This document shows positions 55,226-64,000 of a stretch of 64,000 nt of DNA, piece after piece. A model generated the notes under the pieces. The model made no database searches. It saw only the letters and a program-made list of their open reading frames with translations, and was not told the origin of the DNA. The DNA is from Ignavibacteria bacterium (lineage in GTDB: Bacteria; Bacteroidota; Ignavibacteria; Tepidaquicellales; Tepidaquicellaceae): positions 872 to 64,871 of the forward strand of contig JBBRMY010000002.1 in the NCBI GenBank assembly GCA_038230595.1. The letters run 5' to 3'. Numbering within the stretch: position 1 is the stretch's first letter; every line of letters starts with the position of its first letter. The position numbers and the translations under genes were made by a program.

Positions 55226-56527
55226 TTAATTTATATTTGTTTGCGTTACCTTTTCCAGATCCAGAACAGACTGGTTATAATCTTCAAGTACATCAAGATA
55301 ATTTATTTTCATTTCATAAAGCTTTTTTCTCTCGTTGAGATAATTGATAAGACTAAGTTCACCTTTTTCATATCCTTTGTGCAGCAATTCAAGTGTTCTT
55401 TCTATCTTGAAATTATTTTCGCGGATTAGGTCCAGACTTTTCTTAGCGCTTTCAAACCTGTTAAGCGCGCTTACAACTTCAGCTCTGATCTGCTTTTTTG
55501 TAAATTCAATATCGTTAATCAGAATATTATTTCTGATCTCTGAGATCTGAATATTTCCCCTGTTTGTATTAAATAATCCGTTAAAAGGAAGAGGAATGCT
55601 AAAGCCCACGCCGAACTTTATACTTTTATCGTTATCCATTATCTTTGTTATATTGTGAACGCCGATAATATCGCTCCCGGAGATTACTCTTTCACTGTTT
55701 GAATAACCAACAGAAAGCTTCAGGTTAGGAATATTTTCAGCTTTAAATAAAGATAGCTCACTGGAATTTGCAAGCTGTTCAAGCTGCTTAGATCTGATAT
55801 CTGATCTGTTCTCCAAAGCATCTTTTGTAAGCTTATCAATAGAAAGAGTTAAGGGAACATAGTTGTCATCGGCATACAGATAGAACATACTGCTCTGATC
55901 GTTACCCATATAAATATTAACTTTACCCAGCTCATTTTTATACTCAGCTTCAGCTTTATAATAATTCATCAATGAATTATTAGTTTCGATAGAAATTAAA
56001 TTATAATCCAGCTCTGAGATATCTCCGGCTTTTAATCTTCTTTCTGATGCATCAAGAAGCTCCCGGTCTATTGATCTTATCTCATTTGCAATTTCCATTT
56101 TTAACTGGCGTATCATTGCATTATTAAGAGCAGTTCTGACATTATATTTTATTTCATAGTAACGGATCTTATAATCAAGCTCAGCTTTCTTAATGCGATA
56201 ATTATTAACCTCTTTTCTCAGTGAAAGCTGTCCTCCTATTTCAATTTCCTGAGAAAGTGTAATTGCAATAAGATTATTTCCCTTATTCTCAAAGAATTTA
56301 TCAGTCTCGTATTCAATATCTGCTTCAGGATATTTCGGAAAGAAATTATTTATATTATAATACCGGCTTTTTGCCAGATCAATATTCAAAGATTCGTTCT
56401 TCAAAAGAGGATTATTATCCAGAGCTTTGCTTAGAACACTCTTATAGGAAAGAGTATCCTGAGCAAATGAAACTGAGGAACAAATAAATAAAAACAATAA
56501 ATAATATATGACTGCTTTAAGCTTCAT
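55226..56527 (-). CDS. cusC: TolC family outer-membrane efflux protein (CusC/CzcC-like)
   Basis: Signal peptide and a duplicated coiled-coil/OEP repeat pattern. Confidence 0.8.
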   Translation of the reverse strand: MKLKAVIYYLLFLFICSSVSFAQDTLSYKSVLSKALDNNPLLKNESLNIDLAKSRYYNINNFFPKYPEADIEYETDKFFENKGNNLIAITLSQEIEIGGQLSLRKEVNNYRIKKAELDYKIRYYEIKYNVRTALNNAMIRQLKMEIANEIRSIDRELLDASERRLKAGDISELDYNLISIETNNSLMNYYKAEAEYKNELGKVNIYMGNDQSSMFYLYADDNYVPLTLSIDKLTKDALENRSDIRSKQLEQLANSSELSLFKAENIPNLKLSVGYSNSERVISGSDIIGVHNITKIMDNDKSIKFGVGFSIPLPFNGLFNTNRGNIQISEIRNNILINDIEFTKKQIRAEVVSALNRFESAKKSLDLIRENNFKIERTLELLHKGYEKGELSLINYLNERKKLYEMKINYLDVLEDYNQSVLDLEKVTQTNIN

Positions 56528-56528
56528 A

Positions 56529-57566
56529 TCATTTTACTTTTAACACAAAATTAGTAGTGATCAGCTTTCCGCCGGGATTGAACTGCGCAAAAACTTTATA
56601 AAGTCCTGCCTTTTTGAAAAGAGTGTGAAACACAACAGTAGGTCCGCTTTTCGTTACACTTTTAGTATCCATATTCATCCCCGGCATTGAGTTATTTTTC
56701 CCTGCTTCCATTGGATGAACATGAAGATACATTGATGCCTCTTCGCTGATAACAACCATGTGACCGAGAGCTCCAAGATAGTTCTGAAGGTTCGTAACAT
56801 CTTTACCATCTTTAGTAATTTTCACAGTAAATTCAGCTGACTTGTTTAAGATCAGGTCAGACGGTTCAGTTGTTAGTTCAGCTTTATAACCATTAGTTTC
56901 AAAAGTTGTGCGGGGTGTTAAAGTAACATTTTCAACAGGATCACCTAATACTTTAATTGGTATGTCAAAAACCTGACTTTCTTTTTCTCCTTTAGGTCTC
57001 AGATCTGCAAACAGGACATATTCTCCACCTTGGGCAAATTTTGTTATTACCGATAAAGTACCATCGGCTTTCATTTCAGGATGTATATGATCAAAAAAAG
57101 CCAGATTCTTACTAACAATTATCAGATGAACTATTTTTTCATGAACTATTTCAAGGTCTTTTACCTGCTGCTTAGTTTCGGTATTTGTTAATTTAAAATT
57201 CAAAGTTACATCTTCACCTGAACGAATACTTTGCGGCTCAGTTGTCAGATCTAGAGTAAATTTATCCGAATGCATTTTCATATTGGATCCGTCGGACGAC
57301 TCATCTTTTTTCTCATCTTTTTTTTCTATAAGATTCATTCCGCATTTCGGACATTTATCATCTTTATTAGTTGACGTTACATCCGGATGCATAGGGCAGG
57401 TATAAATAGCCTGCTTCATAGTCGAATCTTTTTTTGTTTCAGTTTTAGTTTCTGTCTTCGTTGTTACGGGTTCATCTTTTTTACTGCATCCTGCAAACAT
57501 TATTAGGGCAGAGAATAAAGTCAGCGCAACAAACATATATCCGGTTTTATTTTTACTATTATTCAT
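56529..57566 (-). CDS. heavy-metal-binding domain lipoprotein with two Ig-like (YtkA/FixH-like) domains
   Basis: Lipobox FAGCSK, zinc-ribbon-like YTCPMHPDV...CPKCGM, then two repeats containing HIHPEM and HVHPMEAG His/Met motifs. Confidence 0.7.
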   Translation of the reverse strand: MNNSKNKTGYMFVALTLFSALIMFAGCSKKDEPVTTKTETKTETKKDSTMKQAIYTCPMHPDVTSTNKDDKCPKCGMNLIEKKDEKKDESSDGSNMKMHSDKFTLDLTTEPQSIRSGEDVTLNFKLTNTETKQQVKDLEIVHEKIVHLIIVSKNLAFFDHIHPEMKADGTLSVITKFAQGGEYVLFADLRPKGEKESQVFDIPIKVLGDPVENVTLTPRTTFETNGYKAELTTEPSDLILNKSAEFTVKITKDGKDVTNLQNYLGALGHMVVISEEASMYLHVHPMEAGKNNSMPGMNMDTKSVTKSGPTVVFHTLFKKAGLYKVFAQFNPGGKLITTNFVLKVK

Positions 57567-57606
57567 TATGATATTTTATATAATTAATTTTTTGTGACAG
57601 ATCCTT

Positions 57607-57705
57607 TTATTTACAGCAGGATCCTTTTTTGTTTACAGATCTTACTTTTTTATAGATAACGAAAGCTATTATTCCTAAAAACATTACAACGATAAGATAT
57701 TCCAT
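57607..57705 (-). CDS. candidate 32 aa Cys-tailed single-TM micro-protein (MEYLIVVMFLGIIAFVIYKKVRSVNKKGSCCK)
   Basis: Manual translation. The layout (TM helix, Lys-rich linker, C-terminal Cys cluster) resembles the FeoB-associated Cys-rich membrane protein family. Lies 40 nt upstream of the HMBD gene on the same strand. Confidence 0.45.
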   Translation of the reverse strand: MEYLIVVMFLGIIAFVIYKKVRSVNKKGSCCK

Positions 57706-57894
57706 ATTGATCAGATTAAGACTGACAATTTGCTTCTTTCATCCATAAGATCAAGTTTCGCACAAGACCAAATTTCGAAAGATAAATTTTACAAAAAGAT
57801 CAGTAACTTTTTTAATTTAAATAAAAATAAGAATTGAAATAAAAAAGAACCGGACGGACTTCTCTCTTACTTAATTCTTGAAAAAGTTATTGTT

Positions 57895-58272
57895 CTAAAC
57901 ACGGAATGTACAATTGAGAATTGGCAGATCTTTGGGTGGTATATGGAATGGGTCTTGAATTTTTTTTGCAAAAATGCAATTTGAGATATTAACAGTTTCT
58001 GCAGGTATTACTGACAAAAAAATTATTTCTGAAATCGTTTCTTTTTGAATGGATTTGAGATCAGAGGCATTGTTGATCTCTTTCAATACTTGTTTGCAGC
58101 AATCTACCTTCGTGAATGAAGCCTGAGTATTACTTTGATCTGTATCTTCACACTGACATCCTTTTTGCATGCTCATATTACACATCGTCTGTGAATATGC
58201 AAAATTTATGTTCCCAAGAAGAACCAGAGCAGCAAAGATAAGCGTGATATATTTTTTATTGAAGATTTTCAT
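57895..58272 (-). CDS. small secreted Cys-rich protein, HYC_CC_PP-family-like
   Basis: Signal peptide, Cys cluster MCNMSMQKGCQCED, CC motif (VDCCKQ), and PP motif near the C-terminus (HIPPKDLPILNCTFRV). Family recalled from memory, not searched. Confidence 0.45.
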   Translation of the reverse strand: MKIFNKKYITLIFAALVLLGNINFAYSQTMCNMSMQKGCQCEDTDQSNTQASFTKVDCCKQVLKEINNASDLKSIQKETISEIIFLSVIPAETVNISNCIFAKKIQDPFHIPPKDLPILNCTFRV

Positions 58273-58418
58273 TCATTACAAAAATAAAAACAAATTGTGG
58301 TAATGTCAAATTTAGCGTGGTATATATTATATAATACAAGAACTTATTTATTTAGTTTAAAGTTCCTATGTTGACCAATTAACGTACTAATGAATATTCT
58401 AGTTTAATAACATCTGTT

Positions 58419-59744
58419 CTATTTTACCAGGAGCATTTTTCTGGTTTCTTTTATATCTCCTACACTTAATGTATAAAAATAAACTCCGCTTGCAATATTT
58501 TTCCCGTCAAAATTCACGCTATAACTTCCTGCCGTTATTCTTTCGTTAATTAATTCTGAAATTTGCTTTCCGGTAATATCATATACTTTGAGTGTTACTA
58601 TTCCTGAAACAGGAATTTCAAAGTTGATCTTTGTATTGGGATTAAATGGATTTGGATAATTCTGCTGCAAACGGAATTTTTCAGGAACGGAACTGCTTGT
58701 AGTATTAATACCTACTGTACTTATACTTGAAAACTGCCAGGTTTCATTAGGATAGTTTCCGTCATTGCCTCCGAATATTATCAGCTTATCTCCGGACGGA
58801 CTGTAAACTGCAGTATGTCCCCATCTTGCTGTTGGCTTAATTCCTCTCTGAGCAACTGAATCCCACTTAGAAGAATCGATAGAGTATTTCCATAAGTCAC
58901 TAAGGAAAGTCGTATTTGATTGTCCTCCGAATATTACAGCCTTATTTGAATTTGTGCAGATCACCTGACTGAAAAATCTTCCTGTCGGTTTTAATGTTGG
59001 TGTAATATTTGTCCAGACAAATGTGTTCAGGTTCAAGGACCAGATATCACTTAATGCTCCGCCATGCTGTCCACCGTAAATTATCATTCTGGTCTTATCA
59101 GGAGTTATGGTGCCGGAATGGAGACATCTTAATTCCGGATGAAATGCATTAGTACGGTCAGTCCAAATCATGCTGTCAACATTAAAAGACCATGTGTCTT
59201 CAAATCTTCCGCTTGTGGTAAAGCCTGCAAAGTTCACAAGTCTTCTGTTTACAGGATCAAAAACAGCTGCAGTGCCATATCTTTTCAGCGGAACTCCTGT
59301 TACATTTCCATCAGGGGAAAGCTGCTGCCAGGAATTGCTGCTTAAGTTAAAAGCCCATACATCGTTATATAATTCTGTACCTTGTCCCGACCAGATTATC
59401 ATTCTGTTCATCAGCGAATCATAAACAGCATTCTGCGAAAAGCGAGGCGCCGGTAAAAGTCCAGATGTAGGAGTTATATCCTGCCAGACATTTGTATTTA
59501 AATTAAGACTCCAGACATCATTCAGAGTTCCTGCTGCATTTCTTCCGCCATACATTATCATTCTGTTGCCCGATGAAATATAAATTGAGGATGCATTGGC
59601 ACGACCGGTCGGATTTCCAGAAGTAGGTAACTGTGTCCATAACTGGGCAGATGTATACTTTGGTATTAATGCAGCTAACAATAAGCATAGAATGTAAAGC
59701 TTACTAACTTTCCTTAAAGAATTCGCCATTTTTGAGATAATCAT
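58419..59744 (-). CDS. Kelch-repeat T9SS C-terminal-domain secreted protein
   Basis: Six repeats of the type R....A.......M...GG......L.D.W..N......W, then QQNYPNPFNPNT...GVYFYTL...RKMLLVK. Confidence 0.75.
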   Translation of the reverse strand: MIISKMANSLRKVSKLYILCLLLAALIPKYTSAQLWTQLPTSGNPTGRANASSIYISSGNRMIMYGGRNAAGTLNDVWSLNLNTNVWQDITPTSGLLPAPRFSQNAVYDSLMNRMIIWSGQGTELYNDVWAFNLSSNSWQQLSPDGNVTGVPLKRYGTAAVFDPVNRRLVNFAGFTTSGRFEDTWSFNVDSMIWTDRTNAFHPELRCLHSGTITPDKTRMIIYGGQHGGALSDIWSLNLNTFVWTNITPTLKPTGRFFSQVICTNSNKAVIFGGQSNTTFLSDLWKYSIDSSKWDSVAQRGIKPTARWGHTAVYSPSGDKLIIFGGNDGNYPNETWQFSSISTVGINTTSSSVPEKFRLQQNYPNPFNPNTKINFEIPVSGIVTLKVYDITGKQISELINERITAGSYSVNFDGKNIASGVYFYTLSVGDIKETRKMLLVK

Positions 59745-60035
59745 ATAAATAAGTTGATTTAATAAATATTACGTATTAGGATGAATTATAGATGTGTAAT
59801 TATAACTTTTAATGGGTTACAGACGCACAAGAAAATTTCTTCACTAAATTGATTTTTCAAAAATGTTTAGTGATTTCTACTTTTAAACAGATGATTACTC
59901 ATTAAAATTCTCCAAAGAGTTCAAATCAAGATCATATAACTGCATTCACTTTCTTCCTTTATTAAATCTTTAAATTGGCATATATTTAAAGTTCGTTTTG
60001 AAATATTTTATGAATTTAAATTGTTAAAATAAATA

Positions 60036-62156
60036 ATGCCGGACTCACAAACTGAAGAGTTGAAAATGAATAAAGCTGAAGTAAAAGCAGATCCAAAAAA
60101 GACCCCTAAAAAAGACAAATCCAAGGATAATACTTCCGAAAAAGATAATTTTCACGGACTTTCTGAGCTGCAGATAAAGGAAGCATACAAAACCATGCTT
60201 ACCTCACGAATAACTGATGACAGAATTGATACACTTATAAAGCAGGGCAAGGCTACCTTTTTAATTTCAGGTGCAGGTCACGAAGCAATTCAGACTGCAT
60301 GCGCTATGGCTATGAAAGCCGGTAAGGACTGGTTCTTTGCATACTACAGAGACAATGCTCTGGCAATTCAGCTTGGCGTAAAAGCAGAATCGATAATGCA
60401 GCATACTATGGGAAGAGCAACCGATCCGTTCTCGGGCGGAAGGCAGATGCCGATGGTTATCGGAAGTAAAGAATTAAGAATTCCTACAGCATCGCTAACT
60501 ACAGGTTCACAATATCTTGAAGCAGTCGGAGCAGCGCTAAGCGCAGTCTACAGAGAAACAGATGAAGTGGCTTATGCCGGCGGCGGCGAAGGCTCTACTT
60601 CTGAAGGTGAATTCTGGGAAGCAGTCAACTGGGCTGCAAGAGAAAAGCTTCCTGTAATATTTTTAATTCAAAATAATAAATTTGCAATCTCTGTTCCTGT
60701 TGAGCAGCAGACTGCAGGAGGTTCTGTTTACCAGGCAACTGAAGGTTTCACAGGATTAACAAGAATAAGAGTTGACGGAACAGATTTTTTCAAAGGATAT
60801 AAAGTTTGTAAAGAAGCAGTTGAACGCGCAAGAGCGGGCGAAGGTCCTACTCTTATTTATGCTGACGTTGTAAGATTAAGATCTCACTCAGCTTCAGATG
60901 CTCAGGAAAAATACCGTACAAAAGAAGATCTTGAAAATGATAAGCAGAAAGACTGTATAGCATTGCTTGAAAAATCCATGCTTGATAACGGAATTATGAC
61001 AGGCGATGAAATGGAGCAGATGAAAAAAGATATTGCTGCAGAGATAATGAATCTTGCAGATGAAGTCTGGAAGCAACCAACACCTGACCCTGCAACTGTT
61101 GAGGATTATTTGTTCTGCCCTGATGATGAACAGGCAAAAATAAATTATGAAGCCGATGATACTGCAGGTGAGCCGGTTGTAATGGTCGATGCTATTAATC
61201 ATGCGCTTCATGAAGAGATGGAAAAAAATCCTAACATGATAATCTACGGTGAAGATGTTCAGGATAATAAAGGTGGAGTTTTCACTGCAACAAAAGGACT
61301 TTCAAATAAATACGGCGTTAAAAGATGCTTTAACTCCCCTCTTGCAGAAGCTTCAATAGTTGGAACTGCTATCGGCGCTGCACTTTCAGGATTAAAGCCT
61401 GTTGTTGAAATTCAATTCGCTGATTATATCTGGCCTGCTATGATGCAGCTTAGAGATGAGCTTGCTATGTTCAGATACCGCTCTAACAATACTTTCCCTG
61501 CGCCTGTGACAATTAGAGTTGCATGCGGCGGATATATTGCAGGCGGACCTTATCACTCACAGAATATTGAAGCGATATTTGCAAAATGCGCAGGAATAAA
61601 AATTGCTTACCCTTCAAATGCAGCAGATGCAAAAGGACTTTTGAAAACTGCATGTCAGCTGAACGATCCGGTTCTTTTCTTAGAGCATAAATTTTTATAC
61701 AGACAAGGATATGCAAAATCTCCTGAGCCGGGAAAAGATTTTTACCTTCCTTTCGGAAAAGCCATTGTAAAAAATATGGGTGAAGATATTTCTATTATCT
61801 GTTACGGTGCAATGGTTGATAAGGCAATGAGAGCTGCAAAGGAAATGGCAAAGAAAGATATTAGCGTTGAAGTTGTTGATATCAGGACTATCGTTCCTCT
61901 GGATGTTGAAACAATACTTAATTCAGTTAAGAAAACCGGAAAGGTTATTGTTCTTCATGAAGACAGTAAGTTCATGGGATTCGGCGCGGAGATTACTTCT
62001 GTTATCTCCGAGCAGGCATTTCAGTATCTAGATGCTCCTATAAAAAGAGTTGGTGGTCTGCATATTCACGTTCCTTATCATCCTGTTCTTGAGAAAGTAG
62101 CCCTTCCTCAGAATGACTGGGTTGTAAAAGCTTGTGAAGAGTTGGCAGCATATTAA
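60036..62156 (+). CDS. 2-oxoacid dehydrogenase E1 component, fused alpha/beta subunits (TPP-dependent)
   Basis: The alpha part has a GDG-like TPP motif region (GGGEGSTSEGEFWEAVNWA). The beta part has EIQFADYIWPA and the transketolase C-terminal domain. 706 aa fusion. Confidence 0.85.
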   Translation: MPDSQTEELKMNKAEVKADPKKTPKKDKSKDNTSEKDNFHGLSELQIKEAYKTMLTSRITDDRIDTLIKQGKATFLISGAGHEAIQTACAMAMKAGKDWFFAYYRDNALAIQLGVKAESIMQHTMGRATDPFSGGRQMPMVIGSKELRIPTASLTTGSQYLEAVGAALSAVYRETDEVAYAGGGEGSTSEGEFWEAVNWAAREKLPVIFLIQNNKFAISVPVEQQTAGGSVYQATEGFTGLTRIRVDGTDFFKGYKVCKEAVERARAGEGPTLIYADVVRLRSHSASDAQEKYRTKEDLENDKQKDCIALLEKSMLDNGIMTGDEMEQMKKDIAAEIMNLADEVWKQPTPDPATVEDYLFCPDDEQAKINYEADDTAGEPVVMVDAINHALHEEMEKNPNMIIYGEDVQDNKGGVFTATKGLSNKYGVKRCFNSPLAEASIVGTAIGAALSGLKPVVEIQFADYIWPAMMQLRDELAMFRYRSNNTFPAPVTIRVACGGYIAGGPYHSQNIEAIFAKCAGIKIAYPSNAADAKGLLKTACQLNDPVLFLEHKFLYRQGYAKSPEPGKDFYLPFGKAIVKNMGEDISIICYGAMVDKAMRAAKEMAKKDISVEVVDIRTIVPLDVETILNSVKKTGKVIVLHEDSKFMGFGAEITSVISEQAFQYLDAPIKRVGGLHIHVPYHPVLEKVALPQNDWVVKACEELAAY

Positions 62157-62218
62157 TAGCATTAGGAATCACGAGTTTCCAATATTCACCTTCGTTTCCA
62201 ATCTATAAAATTTACCCC

Positions 62219-62242
62219 GTTCCCAATCTCCTGGTTGGGAAC
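62219..62242. repeat. F-type hairpin (GTTCCCAA-tctcctgg-TTGGGAAC) after the E1 gene
   Basis: 8 bp perfect stem with the same GTTCCCAA core as 24685-24706. Preceded by two GTTTCCAAT motifs. Confidence 0.65.
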
Positions 62243-62320
62243 ATTTTAATACACAAATAACCGGAACAATATCCTCTCAATTCGATATAACTTATAACTT
62301 TGTCTTACTATTAAATCTCA

Positions 62321-63943
62321 ATGAAAAAAATAATAATCGCATTAGCTTTTCTGACCTTCTCAAATGTAACATCAACTTTCTCACAGAATATAACACAAAA
62401 TGTTGATGTACAGAGTTACAAATTGTATGTAAATCTTTTAAGCTGCTTCAAACCACCATATCCAAATGTGTTCAACGGATATGAAACTATAAATATCAGA
62501 TCAACAGGCACTATCAATGAAGTAATGCTGAATGCTGTAAATACTTCCTTAAATATCAGCGTTGTACAAAATGCAGGAAAAAGTTTTACTCATAGTAATA
62601 ATATTCTGAAAATAGCTTTGGACAGGACTTACAATGAAGGAGAAGAATTCAGCATCGATATAGTTTATGATCATAAGCCGGGCAAAGATACTTCTTTTTT
62701 TACAGGGAATGGATTAATGTTCACAGATTGCGAGCCGGAATATGCAAGACGATGGCTGCCATGTGTTGACAAGCCAATAGATAAAGCAACTTTTGAAGTA
62801 ACGGCAGTTGTTCCTCCGGGAACAATTTTTGTTTCAAACGGAGAGCTTCTGGATTCTACATTATTTCAGGGGAATGTAGTTTACAAATGGGGAACAAAAT
62901 ACCCGGTTGCAACTTACCTTATGAATATGACCGGTAAGACAAATTACACGCTGAACATTATGGATCACTTTGATAAAGTAAATAACAGGACTATTCCGGT
63001 TCGATATTATTATCAGGACGGAATTGATTCGCACGTACCTGATGCTGTTTACAAAATGAATGATGTAATAGAATATTATTCAAAACTTTTCGGACCATAT
63101 CCTTTTGAGAAAATAGGTTTTGCATCGCTCGACAGGCAATTTGCCTGGGGTGGAATGGAAAATCAAACCATCATTACTGTATGCCCTAACTGCTGGCAGC
63201 TTGAGCTTCTTGCCCATGAGTTTGGACATCAATGGTTCGGAGATCTGATATCCCCTACTGACTGGACAGATATCTGGCTGAATGAAGGCTTCGCAACTTT
63301 TTGTGAATCACTCCTTGCAGAAATGCAGGAAGGTAACAAAGGATACAAAGCGAATCTTCATAAAATATTCTCAGAATATCAATTCCGTAATCCGCATAGA
63401 CCTGTGTATAATCCTGAATGGAGAGTTAATGTTCCGCCAACCGCAATATTATTTGATGATGCAATAACTTATGATAAAGCAGGATTGGTAATTGCACAAT
63501 TCAGAGCTTTGATCGGTGATGAAATGTTTTTCAAAGCATTAAAAGCTTATACAACTAATCCCGAGTTCATGTTCAAGAATATTTCAACAGAAAGATTTAT
63601 TTCCTTTATGAATGAGTATACAGGGCAGGATTATACCTGGTACTGGAATGAATGGCTTATGCAAAAAGATCATCCTGATTATATTGTAAAGTATTCAACC
63701 GGAGAAGACAATAAAAATCTGAAAATAGAACTGTCTCAAGGAAATGTTCCAAATACCTTCTTTAAAATGCCGGTAGATATAAAGGTCATTTTTGATGACG
63801 GAACTGAAAAGACTGAAAATATTTTTAACGATAGTAATGCACAGGTATTCAGTTTCAATTACAACAAAACAATTTTGAAGATCGCCTTCGATCCTGATGA
63901 AAAGATATTATTGAAGAAGGTAACATTGCTGAGTAACAAATAA
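62321..63943 (+). CDS. M1 family metallopeptidase (aminopeptidase N-like), secreted
   Basis: GGMENQ exopeptidase motif and HEFGHQWFGD-x17-NEGFA zinc site. Confidence 0.85.
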   Translation: MKKIIIALAFLTFSNVTSTFSQNITQNVDVQSYKLYVNLLSCFKPPYPNVFNGYETINIRSTGTINEVMLNAVNTSLNISVVQNAGKSFTHSNNILKIALDRTYNEGEEFSIDIVYDHKPGKDTSFFTGNGLMFTDCEPEYARRWLPCVDKPIDKATFEVTAVVPPGTIFVSNGELLDSTLFQGNVVYKWGTKYPVATYLMNMTGKTNYTLNIMDHFDKVNNRTIPVRYYYQDGIDSHVPDAVYKMNDVIEYYSKLFGPYPFEKIGFASLDRQFAWGGMENQTIITVCPNCWQLELLAHEFGHQWFGDLISPTDWTDIWLNEGFATFCESLLAEMQEGNKGYKANLHKIFSEYQFRNPHRPVYNPEWRVNVPPTAILFDDAITYDKAGLVIAQFRALIGDEMFFKALKAYTTNPEFMFKNISTERFISFMNEYTGQDYTWYWNEWLMQKDHPDYIVKYSTGEDNKNLKIELSQGNVPNTFFKMPVDIKVIFDDGTEKTENIFNDSNAQVFSFNYNKTILKIAFDPDEKILLKKVTLLSNK

Positions 63944-64000
63944 TTAATTTAAGCAGAATTTTTGTTCTTACATCAGATAATTATTTTTAAAAATTAAATA

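Noticed and set aside
36221-58272. Calling the metal cluster a mobile genomic island or integrative element.
   Set aside because: No integrase, transposase, tRNA attachment site or flanking direct repeats are visible at either border. A horizontal origin cannot be judged by eye.

Overview
Low-GC chromosomal segment. It probably comes from an FCB-group bacterium (Ignavibacteria-like): five ORFs end in the T9SS-type C-terminal sorting domain (QNYPNPFNP...GIYFYKL...KKMLLIK), and Shine-Dalgarno signals look weak. I saw no rRNA, tRNA, CRISPR array, transposase, integrase or obvious defence genes.

Gene content, left to right:
- Small stress/enzyme genes (trpF-like, PhnB/VOC, DUF899, DHFR-like).
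- A nucleotide-sugar block (rfbA, rfbC, ugd, UDP-glucuronate decarboxylase) next to a 5'-truncated glycosyltransferase remnant.
- A Fe(III)-type ABC importer plus a PIG-L deacetylase.
- A TrmB-regulator operon carrying T9SS cargo.
- PPK2-queF, an orphan nuoI-like ferredoxin, and housekeeping genes (PNP-like, tatD, dut, rsmI, corA, purM, lysine aminotransferase).
- The oxidative pentose-phosphate operon gnd-zwf-pgl, a CCA-adding enzyme and a Gfo/Idh/MocA oxidoreductase.
- A roughly 22 kb block, all on the minus strand, for copper/heavy-metal homeostasis (36.2-58.3 kb): CDF x2, EamA, CopA, a copper-radical-oxidase-like protein, HMA proteins, MFS, DUF305 x2, and a split CusCBA set with several uncharacterised inserts. 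I found no recognisable metal regulator in it.
- A Kelch T9SS protein, a fused E1 alpha/beta dehydrogenase and an M1 peptidase.

The least explained material is non-coding:
1. Three tandem two-hairpin modules with compensatory stem changes lie in an apparent 3' UTR (12.40-12.72 kb).
2. A multi-family system of short palindromic elements is assembled into mosaics in at least six intergenic regions. Many are hairpins followed by a conserved GACA tail.
3. A GC-rich, foldable island of about 150 nt sits in a 1.3 kb gene-free region (17.94-18.09 kb).
4. A GxxExxY (PD-(D/E)XK-like) gene is embedded as a cassette between four copies of a CGCAAAG-triplet repeat, with an apparent duplication of about 60 bp of leader.

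All calls come from reading the sequence and the translated ORFs by eye. No database searches or folding calculations were run.
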